Shown: positions 21,418 through 30,912, counted from the first letter of the stretch. The stretch: DNA of 64,000 nt from a virus (IMGVR_UViG_3300036783_000170:10501-74500); one strand, 5' to 3'. Notes: generated from the letters alone by a model not told the origin. Numbers and translations are program-made.

Positions 21418-23780
21418 CCACCCGAGCAGACATCTTGCGGTCCATCAACGCGGCCCGCTCCGGCGAGGAGCAGCGGCTAGCGGTGCTCGCCCTGGACGCC
21501 TACGACCGGCAGGTCGTCGCGCGCCAGCGGTCCGACCGAGAGCTGGACCTGACCAACCGCGTCGTCCAGGACCGGATGGTCGCGGTCGCCACGCACGAGC
21601 GGTCCACCATCCAGACCGACTGGCTCGGCGACGTGACCGCCTCGGCCGGACCGGACGCCGAGCAGAAGGTGATGGCCGAGGCCGCCCTCTGGTACCGGGG
21701 CACGCCGGAGATGGTGCGCCAGGACGCCGAGGAGTTCACCATCCAGGCGCAGGGCAAGGCCCGGCGCGTCGCCAGCGCGTACGGCGAGTCGGCCGAGGCG
21801 CTGGAGCGGTCGTTCCTGAACTACGTCGCGTTCCTGAGCCGGCAGGCAGCCAGCGGGCTGGACCAGGTCCAGCAGCTGGTGGACTCGCACGAGGACCCGA
21901 AGCGGACCCCGCTGCCGACCGAGGTCTTCGACACCTTCCAGCCCGAGGTCGACCCGGTCAACGCGGGCGTCACCGGCACCGAGACCTCCGAGCGCGCCCC
22001 GCTGATGCAGGAGATCATGCAGGGCGACGCGTACGGCGAGGGACCGGAGAAGCCGGGAGGGCACTCCACCAGCTTCGACGGCTCCGGCGGATACTCCGAG
22101 GTGCCCGCCGACGCCGCCGACGCGCACCGGACGGCGGCGGTCAACCAGCTGCTCACCCTCGATGACTACCGGCTGCAGTTCGCCGCCGAGGCCCGGAGGG
22201 CGGACCCAAAAGAAGGTAGCTCCCACGAGGGGCGCATCGACCACGAGACCAGCAGCGACGGGCCCCGGATCCCGAGCCTGCCCGGCGCCCCGTCGGACTC
22301 GAAGGCCCGCGAGTACCAGGACGAGTTCGAGGAGAACACGAAGAGGCTGCGGGACGAGTTCGAGGAGAACGAGCGCTCGCGCAAGCAGGGCGCGTCCGGG
22401 CTGGACGAGGTCCAGCAGGTCGTGAACCCGCACGAGGACCCCGCCCCGACGCCGATGCCGACGGACGTGGCCTTCCCGTGGGTGGACGGGCAGGACGAGT
22501 ACGAGCAGGACCACCCCGGCCAGAAGGCCGCCGTGGCCCGGCACCGGCTGGTGGCCTCGATCCTGAGCAAGGAGCCGGCCTCCGTCACTCGTGCTGAGCT
22601 GCGGGAAGTGCTCTCGTTCGCCAAGGACGTGCGCGGCGGCGAGTACGCCAGCACGATGGCGGCGAAGCTGGCCAGCGCCGACACCGGCCCGAGCACCTGG
22701 CACCAGGCCGTCTACCACCTCGGGGTGGCTGATCCTGAGGTCGCGCGTACTGCAGTCAAGAAGACCGCAGACCAGTGGACCGCGCCGCACGAGGTCCCCG
22801 GCGGCCAGGTCGCCAACTCGCCGGCCACCACGCCGGAGTCGTCGAAGGGCACGTACGCGGACGGGTACGCGGAGGGCGGCGAGGACGCCAGGTCCGGCGA
22901 GGCCCCCACCTTCGCGGACGCGTCCAGCCACGCTCCGGAGTTCGTCCAGGGCCACACCAAGGGCTACCAGGACGCCAAGCAGACCGTCGAGAAGGGCCTG
23001 CCCAAGGACGAGCCGGCCTCGATGGGCGGCCAGGCCGCGCAGACCCCCGGCGCCGACGCCACCAGTAACCCGTACGCCGACCCCGGCGGCCGGTCGTACG
23101 CGAGGAAGATCTCCAGCCTCGTCAGCACCACGGCGGCCCGGCAGGACGCGGACTTCCTCAAGGGCATGCGGTACGCCCAGAAGTGGCGCCCAGGGCGTCC
23201 GCTGGTGACGCAGGGCTCCGCCGAGTTCGAGGGCGGCCTGTACGCGGGCATCAGCGACAACGCCGACAACCAGTACGCCTGGGTCGCGGAGCACCAGCGG
23301 CTCGCCCGGCGGGACCAGCGGTTCGCGGACCGGATCAGTCGGCACGCGGAGTACAGCGAGACGGTGGCTACCGACCTGCGGGCCATGGTCGTCGGGCCGT
23401 ACCTGCGGCTGGAGGCGGCCACGTCCACCGACCTGGACACCACGGCGCCGAACACCAGCCCCAGCCCGGTCGGGGACACCCCGATCAACGGGCCCGGCAA
23501 GGTCCCCCCGCTGGCTGGCCAGGAGGACCCGGCCGCCGCTGGTGGACCTGCGCCATATAATTCAGCTCCTCCCTACGGCAAACCTGTGGTTCCGCAGGGA
23601 GAGATGGCTGCCGGTACAGGGTCAAATACGACCATCAATACCACCATAGGTGGTCCGATGGATCAGGCCGCTGAAGAACGTCGACGCATGCGCCCTACCA
23701 CCTTGGCCTTTAGGCATCGAGTACAAGCGTCTCTGGTGCAGGACCGTCAGGAGAGGGTGAATGCCAGCTCTCGCCCTTGA
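21414..23780 (+). CDS. Large acidic head-associated protein (788 aa) with an internal repeat and an internal slippery site
   Basis: GTG start overlapping the upstream TGA; repeat xQxASGLDxVQQxVxxHEDP twice; GAC CCA AAA G at 22203. Confidence 0.75.
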   Translation: MTTRADILRSINAARSGEEQRLAVLALDAYDRQVVARQRSDRELDLTNRVVQDRMVAVATHERSTIQTDWLGDVTASAGPDAEQKVMAEAALWYRGTPEMVRQDAEEFTIQAQGKARRVASAYGESAEALERSFLNYVAFLSRQAASGLDQVQQLVDSHEDPKRTPLPTEVFDTFQPEVDPVNAGVTGTETSERAPLMQEIMQGDAYGEGPEKPGGHSTSFDGSGGYSEVPADAADAHRTAAVNQLLTLDDYRLQFAAEARRADPKEGSSHEGRIDHETSSDGPRIPSLPGAPSDSKAREYQDEFEENTKRLRDEFEENERSRKQGASGLDEVQQVVNPHEDPAPTPMPTDVAFPWVDGQDEYEQDHPGQKAAVARHRLVASILSKEPASVTRAELREVLSFAKDVRGGEYASTMAAKLASADTGPSTWHQAVYHLGVADPEVARTAVKKTADQWTAPHEVPGGQVANSPATTPESSKGTYADGYAEGGEDARSGEAPTFADASSHAPEFVQGHTKGYQDAKQTVEKGLPKDEPASMGGQAAQTPGADATSNPYADPGGRSYARKISSLVSTTAARQDADFLKGMRYAQKWRPGRPLVTQGSAEFEGGLYAGISDNADNQYAWVAEHQRLARRDQRFADRISRHAEYSETVATDLRAMVVGPYLRLEAATSTDLDTTAPNTSPSPVGDTPINGPGKVPPLAGQEDPAAAGGPAPYNSAPPYGKPVVPQGEMAAGTGSNTTINTTIGGPMDQAAEERRRMRPTTLAFRHRVQASLVQDRQERVNASSRP

Positions 23781-24264
23781 TCACTCGCGTCATTTGCGTG
23801 GGACTGATGCCGTACTCTCTGGCCAGTCCTCGATAGGTGCCCGTGCCTTCGATGAATCTCCTTCGGACTTCGTGAACCTGATCCCAGGTGAGGATGGCTC
23901 GGCCGTGGTCTTCGCCGCGACGCAGGTGTCCTCCGTCTCGCCCCCGCTCGACTCTGTCCCTGACGTTTTGAGCGTTGTTGCCGAGATAGAGGTGGGACAG
24001 ATTTACGCAAGGTCGGTTATCACACCGATGGAGAACGTGCTCTTCGTCAGTGATCGCTGGAGCAACCATGATGCGGTAGATCCAGCGATGGGCTCGTACG
24101 ACTCGGCGCCGGTTACGGCTATGAGGGTTAGGTGCCCCTCCATGAAACTGCCCGTACCCCTTGGCGTCGGTATGACTTGTCCAAGTCCAGCAGGCGTCTT
24201 CGCCTCTCGACTTGTCGACCTTGATCCAGAAGCGGGCGAGAAGATCTTCAACGGTTGCCTCCAT
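23710..24264 (-). mobile_element. Free-standing HNH homing endonuclease
   Basis: RFWIKVDKS...CWTW...KGYGQF...RAHRWIY...VLHRCDNRPCVNLSHLYLGNNAQNVRDR...KGESW; lower GC than neighbours; antisense. Confidence 0.88.
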
Positions 24265-24293
24265 GGGTGCAACCTTACCTGGGGGAGGACCAC

Positions 24294-24836
24294 ATGTCTG
24301 ATGAGCTGAACGACCTGATGTGGGTGGAGGCCACGCGAGACCTGGAGTCCGAGGCGAGCGAGATGTCCGCCGAGCGGGCCAGGATCGCCAGCTCCTCGCT
24401 GTGGCCGTTCCTGGCCGCCGCCCGCTCCGAGCCCGAGTTCGACGGCCGCCTCAGCGTCGCCGCCGAGCACCTTGAGGCCGTCGCCGTCGAGACCGGCCAC
24501 CCCGTCGAGGCGCTGGCCGCCGACCTGCGGGGGCAGTGGCGGCTGCTCGCGGAGGCTCGCGGCTCCGACCCGGTCGACCACGAGGGGCACGACTACGACC
24601 ACGACGACGAGGACCCCGAGGGCGACGAGGAGGACGCGCAGAACGGCGCCGAGTGGGACAAGCACATGGGCTACAGCCCGTACGACCACTACGCGTCGCT
24701 GCGCACCGCCTTGGAGGAGGGCGTCGACCCGCTCTCCTGGGTGGAGGACGAGGCGGAGTACGGCTCCGGAGCCGAGGAGGTAGGCGGCCACCAGAGCGGC
24801 GCCACCGCGTCCCGGGACGCCGACCCAAAAGCCTGA
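24294..24836 (+). CDS. Acidic head-module protein (180 aa); probable N-terminal part of a -1 frameshift fusion
   Basis: SD GGAGG; ends GAC CCA AAA GCC TGA. Confidence 0.75.
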   Translation: MSDELNDLMWVEATRDLESEASEMSAERARIASSSLWPFLAAARSEPEFDGRLSVAAEHLEAVAVETGHPVEALAADLRGQWRLLAEARGSDPVDHEGHDYDHDDEDPEGDEEDAQNGAEWDKHMGYSPYDHYASLRTALEEGVDPLSWVEDEAEYGSGAEEVGGHQSGATASRDADPKA

Positions 24837-25909
24837 GCCCCGTGCAGGGGCAGGGTCCGGTATCGGACACCAACGTCCCCCAGGACCCAGGCGGGTCCGG
24901 CGCGGGGATGGCCCCGATGCCCGACTCGGGCGTGCCTGGCGGGGGCGCCCCAAGCAGCGGCGGGGGCAGCGACTTCGACCCCGCGTCCCTCGCGGGCGCG
25001 AACGCCAACACGACCCCCGAGGGCACCCAGTCCGACATGACGGGCCGGATGCTCAACTCCGCCATGCTGGTGGCCGCCGCGAACCCCGAGCTGGACGACG
25101 AGGCGTGCGCGACCCTCGCGGTCCTGGCCGGCCGCCGGCTGGCCGCGAACCCGCTGGGGTACGGCCACCGTCCGTCCGTGGAGGGCCCGCTCACGCAGCG
25201 GGTCAAGAACCGGGTCAACGAGCTGGTCAGCGGCGAGTACCAGAGGCGACACCAGCCGCGCCCGCAGGGCCGCCCGAGCGGGCAGCCCGGCGCGGGCAAG
25301 GGCGTCCGCCCTACCCCGCGCCCGGCCCCGAGCGTGGGCGAGCAGCTGCTGAACCTCGTCCCCCTCAAGCCGCACGAGCGCAGGCTGGTGGACGGCATCC
25401 GGGGGCTCATCAAGAAGCACCGCGACCGGGCGGGCAACCCTCCTCCTCCGCACCACAACGCCCCTCCGGTACCGGCCCCGCCGTGGCTGGACGAGGACGA
25501 CCAGGAGGACGTCGACCGGCCCGACGAGCAGCCCCGGCCGGCCGCGCCTGGGGTGCTACCTCCGGGGGCTAGCCCCCACGACTTGAACGGTGACGACGAG
25601 GGCTCGTCCGAGGGCGAGTCCAGCGGCAGCAAGGCCGCCGTGCGGCACCAGGCCGACAACCCGCTGGACTTCGGCAACCGGGCGCCGGTGCCGGAGGGCC
25701 CGCTCGAGCAGAAGGCGGTCGACTCCATCAACGAGGCGGAGGACGCGGTCCCGATGCCCGGCGACACCTCGAAGGTACCGGGCATGGGGGGCGGCAAGGG
25801 CTCCGGAGGCAAGGCGCCGGAGGGCGCTGGTGCCGGCGCGGGCGAGGCGGCCGGCGGCGAGGCGGCCCTGGGCGAGGTGGGCGAGCTGGCCCCGATGATC
25901 GCGGTCTGA
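24830..25909 (+). CDS. Pro/Gly/acidic-rich -1-frame extension of 24294-24836
   Basis: GC3-rich frame open through the slippery heptamer; no convincing SD for GTG 24842 or the downstream ATGs. Confidence 0.65.
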   Translation, partial: SLSPVQGQGPVSDTNVPQDPGGSGAGMAPMPDSGVPGGGAPSSGGGSDFDPASLAGANANTTPEGTQSDMTGRMLNSAMLVAAANPELDDEACATLAVLAGRRLAANPLGYGHRPSVEGPLTQRVKNRVNELVSGEYQRRHQPRPQGRPSGQPGAGKGVRPTPRPAPSVGEQLLNLVPLKPHERRLVDGIRGLIKKHRDRAGNPPPPHHNAPPVPAPPWLDEDDQEDVDRPDEQPRPAAPGVLPPGASPHDLNGDDEGSSEGESSGSKAAVRHQADNPLDFGNRAPVPEGPLEQKAVDSINEAEDAVPMPGDTSKVPGMGGGKGSGGKAPEGAGAGAGEAAGGEAALGEVGELAPMIAV

Positions 25910-25911
25910 GC

Positions 25912-26382
25912 GTGGTCAACGACGGCGACGAGGTCTTCTACTCAGGCTACGAGCGCGCGGGGGCGCTGGTGGGCGACCACGGCCAGGTGCTGGCCTCCAG
26001 CGGGTCCGCAGCGCACGTGAAGTGGAGCACCGGCGCCCGCGCCGGCTCGGTGAGCCTGGAGCACCAGGACGACCTGGAGCCGCGCCGCGCCACCCGGTCG
26101 CTGCTGGCCGACAGCCTGGAGTACGGGGAGCTGCAGGTGGCCGCCGCCCGTAGCCGGTACGACGAGGCCGGCCCGCAGGGCGTGCTCTCGATGCTGGCGG
26201 AGGACGGCCACCTGATGGCCTTCGCGGAGATCGCGGAGGAGGCGCTGGCGATGGTGGCGTATCGGGTGCGGCACGACCCGTCGGTGCGGGCCGCTACGGC
26301 GTCCCTGGACGACGACGAGGGCGAGCAGGTGGTGAGGGCCGCGTCGGCGGCCCTCATCTACGACGCGTTCAGCCTAGAGTGA
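25912..26382 (+). CDS. Hypothetical head-module protein
   Basis: 156-aa ORF directly following, GC3-rich. Confidence 0.65.
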   Translation: MVNDGDEVFYSGYERAGALVGDHGQVLASSGSAAHVKWSTGARAGSVSLEHQDDLEPRRATRSLLADSLEYGELQVAAARSRYDEAGPQGVLSMLAEDGHLMAFAEIAEEALAMVAYRVRHDPSVRAATASLDDDEGEQVVRAASAALIYDAFSLE

Positions 26383-26668
26383 GCGTCCGCTCGGCGGCCG
26401 CGACCCGGGGGTCGTCGTGGCGCGAGCTGTCGAGCAGGTAGTTCTCCAGCTCGTCCATCTCCTCGATGTCGTCCCGAGTGACGTGCCGCAGGGTGGCCCA
26501 GGAGCCGTCGTCCTGGCGCTTCTGGATGTCGGCCTCGGCGCCACGACTCAGCAGCCCGACGGTCTCGTTCAGCGCCTGCCACAGGCCCTCGGGGGCCGGG
26601 GCCTTGCCGTTGACGCCGTTCGGGTACTCGAAGCTCACTCGGTAGCTGAGTCGCTGTCCACGCTTCAT
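26369..26668 (-). CDS. Antisense hypothetical protein inserted in the head operon
   Basis: SD GGGAGAG; own dyad/-10 promoter upstream. Confidence 0.65.
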   Translation of the reverse strand: MKRGQRLSYRVSFEYPNGVNGKAPAPEGLWQALNETVGLLSRGAEADIQKRQDDGSWATLRHVTRDDIEEMDELENYLLDSSRHDDPRVAAAERTLTLG

Positions 26669-26704
26669 GGTCTCTCCCTGGCCGGTTCTTCTGGCGATGA
26701 GTCC

Positions 26705-26728
26705 ATAGTACCATAAGGATCCTTGTAG
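26705..26728 (-). promoter_or_regulatory. Early-type promoter (leftward)
   Basis: Minus strand reads CTACAAGGATCCTTATGG TACTAT. Confidence 0.75.
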
Positions 26729-26918
26729 TGGCTAGTCCTCCGAGACATCCACTGGAGCAGTAGGGCGACCTCGACGTACTCGACGGCCCAGTCCTCGTCG
26801 TACCAGCGCTCGACCACGCGGCCTCCTGGTCTTAGGTCCTACGTCCAGTAGTCGACGTAGCCCCACGGCGGATGAGTGTGACCTGCCTCACCGTTTTAAA
26901 CGATCTGCCACTTACCTA

Positions 26919-26953
26919 CTGCCCGCCCGGTGCCGAGCCCGGCGTAATAGGCA
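26919..26953 (+). promoter_or_regulatory. Putative late promoter
   Basis: CTGCCC ... TAATAGGCAGGAGG, 26-nt offset. Confidence 0.6.
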
Positions 26954-26964
26954 GGAGGTGGGGC

Positions 26965-28252
26965 ATGCCGAAGTACCCCGTCAACGACCGTAAGTGCGAG
27001 GACTGCGGCGAGCGCGTCCCGCCGGGCACGCCACGCCGGACCTCGGACGGCCAGCTCGTGTGCTCGAAGTGCTTCACGCGCCGGTCCGCCATGACCCTCT
27101 ACCGCCAGGCGGCCGAGCAGTACCCGACCTCGGAGCCGGTGGCCCCCTCGCGCCCTGACTGGCGCCAGGATGCCGCCAGGGCCCGCACCGCCGCGCTCGT
27201 CAAGAGGGCGCACGATTCGGGCAATCAGGTAGATATCTACCACTGTCCGTTCTGCGGCAGCGGTCAGGTCGTGGGTAGATCTGACCGGACCGTCGAGTGC
27301 ACGTTCTGCAACGCCGTGTTCACCGTCCAGGTCCAGCCGATGTACTCCGGCGTCCCGCAGACCATCGACGGCGAGTCCGTCGAGGAGCCCGGCGCCCCGG
27401 GGATGGATGGCGAGCCAGACGTGGCCGGGGACGAGATGCTCCCCGAGGAGCAGGGCACCATGAACGGCCAGCTGCCCCCCGAGGAGGACGCGGACCAGGA
27501 CGGCGAGCCCGACGACGAGGAGGGCGACGACGAGCCCGCGTTCCTGAAGGGCTCGATGCTGCGGACCGCCAACGGCACCCCCGTGCCGATCCCCGACCTG
27601 ATCAACCACATGGCGCTGCTCCAGGCCACCGACGAGGAGCGGCCGGCGATCCTGGCCCGCATCCGCGAGGAGCGCGCACGATGACCCGGTACCGCGCGGC
27701 CGTAGACATGCGCCTGCCTGGCCAGTCCGTCAGCCGCGACGACGTGCTGGACATGGACACCTCGACCGCCATCGCCCGCAGGGACGTGGAGGGCATGGTC
27801 TCTCGCGGGCTCCTGGTGGCCGTGGAGGACGAGCAGGACCAGCCACCGGAGCAGGAGCCCGACTCAGCGGCCGAGGAGCGCATGTCGACTCCTCGGGGCC
27901 GCAAGAGGGGGCGCTGATGAGCGCGCCCCCGTCGATGCTCGCCCTCGTCCGCGACGGGAAGATCGACATCCCGTTCCTGTGCGTGGAGCGGGAGTGCGAG
28001 GGCAGCCGCTACCACACGCCGACGCCGCTGGAGGTCGCGCCGTACCTGTTCCACGTGGACGACATCGCCGCGTACTACGGCCCGTCCACGAGCGACGCGA
28101 CCTGGCTATGCGGCACCTGCGCGGCCAACCTCCGCGTCTTCTTCGGGCTGATGCGCGGCACCGACGGCAGCATGCCCTGGGAGGTCCAGCGGGAGTTCGG
28201 CAACGGCATCCGCCGGATCGGCAAGATGATGTGGAGGGCAGCTGATGCCTGA
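26965..28252 (+). CDS. Three pre-portal ORFs (26965-27684 Zn-ribbon/acidic, 27681-27917, 27917-28252 Cys motif)
   Basis: CEDCG..CSKC and CPFCGS..CTFCN; coupled starts. Confidence 0.7.
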
Positions 28253-30479
28253 GCGCCGCAGGAGGAGGGTCGTACGCGCCCCCCAGGCGTCCCGACGCGC
28301 GTCGGTGGCGCAGCAGCAGGCCACCTTCGCCCAGCTCGCCTCGGCCGCCCGTAGGGGCGGCTCGCAGGCCGTGGAGGGGCAGGAGGCGGAGCTGGCCGAG
28401 ATGGCCAGGTCGCGCCGGCGTATCGCGGTGGCCTCGGGCGCCGGGTCGGCCCCGTACGGCGGGGGCGGCAGCGTCAGCTTCGCCACCGGGCGGCCCCGAG
28501 ACCCGTTCTTCTACTGGCGGCAGAACAACCTCTTCTACGACTTCGAGGACAACACCCAGCTGACTCGGGTGCGGCAGTTCTGCCACCTGCTGTACACGAG
28601 CCACTCGCTGATCGGGTCCTGCGTCGACATCTACACCGAGTACCCGCTGCTCGGGATGGAGCTGCGGTCGAAGGACGACAAGATCACGGACTTCTACTCA
28701 GATCTTTTTATGTCGCCGCGCCGGCTGAACTACCCGAAGTTCTTGGCCGACCTCGGCCGGTCGTACTGGCTGCTCGGCGAGGCGTGGCCGTTCGGCTCCT
28801 TTAACGAGAAGCTCGGCGTCTGGGAGGACGAGGAGCTTCTCAACCCGGACGACATCGACGTGGAGCGCTCCCCGTTCCAGCGGGAGCCGCGCTACCTGAT
28901 GCGGCTGCCCTCGACGCTGCGCGAGCTGCTGCAGAGCCGCTCCCCCGCGTACGAGTACCAGAAGCTGATCCAGGCGTACCCGGAGCTGGTTCGGTACCAG
29001 AACGAGGCGGAGATGATGCCCGTCAGCGGCATCCTGCTCCGGCAGCTGAAGTTCGACGGGCTGATGTTCAACAAGCGCGGCATCCCGCTGCTCAACCGGG
29101 CGCTGCGCCCGATCGTGCAGGAGGAGATGCTCAACTCGGCGATGGACGCGATCGCCGATCGGCTGTACGTGCCGCTGCTGATCGCCAAGCTCGGGGCGTC
29201 CGCCAACGACCTGGGCACCGAGGTACCGTGGATCCCCACCGAAGACGACATGGCCGCGTTCGAGGAGACCGCCGACGCCGCGCTGGCCGCCGACTTCCGG
29301 CTGCTGATCACCAACTTCGCCACCAGCGTGGAGTCCGTGTTCGGCCGGGAGCAGATGCCGGACCTGACCGCCGACTTCGAGCGCATCGAGGACAAGATCC
29401 TCCAGACGTTCGGGCTCTCTAAGACGATGCTCACCGGGGCGAGTTCAGGCGAGACGTACGCGGCGGACGCGCTCAACAGGGACCTCATCAGCCAGATGCT
29501 GACCCGGTACCAGCGGATGCTCTCCGACCACTACGAGGAGCGCGCGCTCGTGGTCGCCGAGGCGCAGGGGCACTTTGATTACGAGGAACGCGGCGGTAAG
29601 AAGTACGTCAAGATGGAAGAGATCCTCGAAGTGGACGAGGAGAGCGGCGAGGAACGAATCATCCAGCAGCCCAAGCTGCTCATCCCAGAGCTTCGCTTCA
29701 AGACGCTCAACCTGAAAGACGAGGAGGCCGAGCGGGCCTTCTACGAGCAGCTCCGCGAGGCCGGCGTCCCGATCTCCATGAAGACGCGGCTGATCAACGT
29801 GCCCATCGACCTCCAGGACGAGATGGAGATCAGCCAGGACGAGCAGGTCCAGCTCGCGGTGAAGGAGCAGGAGACGAGAAAGGCGATCTTCCTGGCGCTC
29901 CGTCAGAAGGGGCTGCCGATCCCAGCGGACCTGCTGGCGGACTTCAGTCCGCAGATCAACCCTCTCCCGCAGCCGGCGGACATGGCCAGCCGGGTGCCGA
30001 TGCTCGGTATCGACCCGCTGACCGACACCCCGAACCTCGCCCCGACCGGCGAGGACCTGGCCGCGCTGCCCACCGAGGGCACCGAGATCGCGGGCCAGCC
30101 CAGCCAGCCCGTGGAGCCGGTCGCGGTGATCGGCGGAGACGGCTCGATCACGCCGATGGGCGACCAGTCGCAGCGACCACCGGAGAGTGACGAGATGCGC
30201 GCCGACATGCCAAAGGCGGCGTCGATACTGAGCGAGGCCGCGCTGTGGCGGAACGCCAAGACGATGCGCCACGTGGTAGACGAGCAGCTCGGCAAGGTCT
30301 CGGACGAGATCGCTCGGCAGCGCGACATGCTGGTCACTGCGCAGGTGGTCCAGGGTCAGCACGAGGGCGACGAGACGCCGCCGTTGGACATGGAGCCCGC
30401 CGGACTCACAGGGCCGAGGCACGTTGGAATGCGTCGATACCTGGACATAGACGACACCGTACCAATGGAGGAGTGGTAG
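28245..30479 (+). CDS. Portal protein
   Basis: 744 aa; FCHLLYTSHSLIGSCVDIYTEYPL, DLGRSYWLLGEAW, RGIPLLNRA, LYVPLLIAKLG motifs as in Bxz1-like portals; position in head module. Confidence 0.82.
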   Translation: MPERRRRRVVRAPQASRRASVAQQQATFAQLASAARRGGSQAVEGQEAELAEMARSRRRIAVASGAGSAPYGGGGSVSFATGRPRDPFFYWRQNNLFYDFEDNTQLTRVRQFCHLLYTSHSLIGSCVDIYTEYPLLGMELRSKDDKITDFYSDLFMSPRRLNYPKFLADLGRSYWLLGEAWPFGSFNEKLGVWEDEELLNPDDIDVERSPFQREPRYLMRLPSTLRELLQSRSPAYEYQKLIQAYPELVRYQNEAEMMPVSGILLRQLKFDGLMFNKRGIPLLNRALRPIVQEEMLNSAMDAIADRLYVPLLIAKLGASANDLGTEVPWIPTEDDMAAFEETADAALAADFRLLITNFATSVESVFGREQMPDLTADFERIEDKILQTFGLSKTMLTGASSGETYAADALNRDLISQMLTRYQRMLSDHYEERALVVAEAQGHFDYEERGGKKYVKMEEILEVDEESGEERIIQQPKLLIPELRFKTLNLKDEEAERAFYEQLREAGVPISMKTRLINVPIDLQDEMEISQDEQVQLAVKEQETRKAIFLALRQKGLPIPADLLADFSPQINPLPQPADMASRVPMLGIDPLTDTPNLAPTGEDLAALPTEGTEIAGQPSQPVEPVAVIGGDGSITPMGDQSQRPPESDEMRADMPKAASILSEAALWRNAKTMRHVVDEQLGKVSDEIARQRDMLVTAQVVQGQHEGDETPPLDMEPAGLTGPRHVGMRRYLDIDDTVPMEEW

Positions 30480-30511
30480 GCCGGCGGCGCGAAATGAGTG
30501 GATCCCGATCA

Positions 30512-30547
30512 CTCTCTGGCCGCCGACCTACAAGGAACTTTAGCAGA
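30512..30547. promoter_or_regulatory. Dyad half-site with a minus-strand GCCAGAGAG
   Basis: CTCTCTGGC (30512-20) then CTACAAGGA (30528-36); near-copy of 9287-9317. Confidence 0.45.
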
Positions 30548-30559
30548 TAGGAGGCCACG

Positions 30560-30859
30560 ATGGCCAGGAGAGTACAAGTGGCCACCGGCCACGCTGACGT
30601 GGTGCTGCCGGACGGGTTCCGCCACCAGGCCGGCGACCAGGTCACGCTGACGGACGCCCAGTACGCCCAGATCGGCACCGCCGTCACCGCCGGGGTCGTC
30701 ACGGACCTCGGGGAGGTGGCCGACGGGGCGGTGACCGTCAACGGCAAGACGGGCTCCAACATCACCCTGACGCCCGCCGACCTCGGGCTGCCAAACATCG
30801 CGGTGCAGGCCAGCGCCCCCAGCTCGCCGGCCACCAACGACGTGTGGCTGGACACGTGA
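30560..30859 (+). CDS. Small virion accessory protein
   Basis: VTVNGKTG and APSSPATNDVWLDT fibre/decoration-type motifs. Confidence 0.55.
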   Translation: MARRVQVATGHADVVLPDGFRHQAGDQVTLTDAQYAQIGTAVTAGVVTDLGEVADGAVTVNGKTGSNITLTPADLGLPNIAVQASAPSSPATNDVWLDT

Positions 30860-30863
30860 GTAC

Positions 30864-30897
30864 CTGTCGCCCCCCGCGCCAGCGCGGCGAATAGACA
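30864..30897 (+). promoter_or_regulatory. Putative late promoter
   Basis: CTGTCG ... GAATAGACAG, 25-nt offset. Confidence 0.65.
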
Positions 30898-30912
30898 GGC
30901 AGAGGAGGCACG

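Noticed and set aside
30207-30218. ATG CCA AAG in the portal gene as a slippery site
   Set aside because: G CCA AAG is not X XXY YYZ and the -1 frame looks like a shadow ORF.
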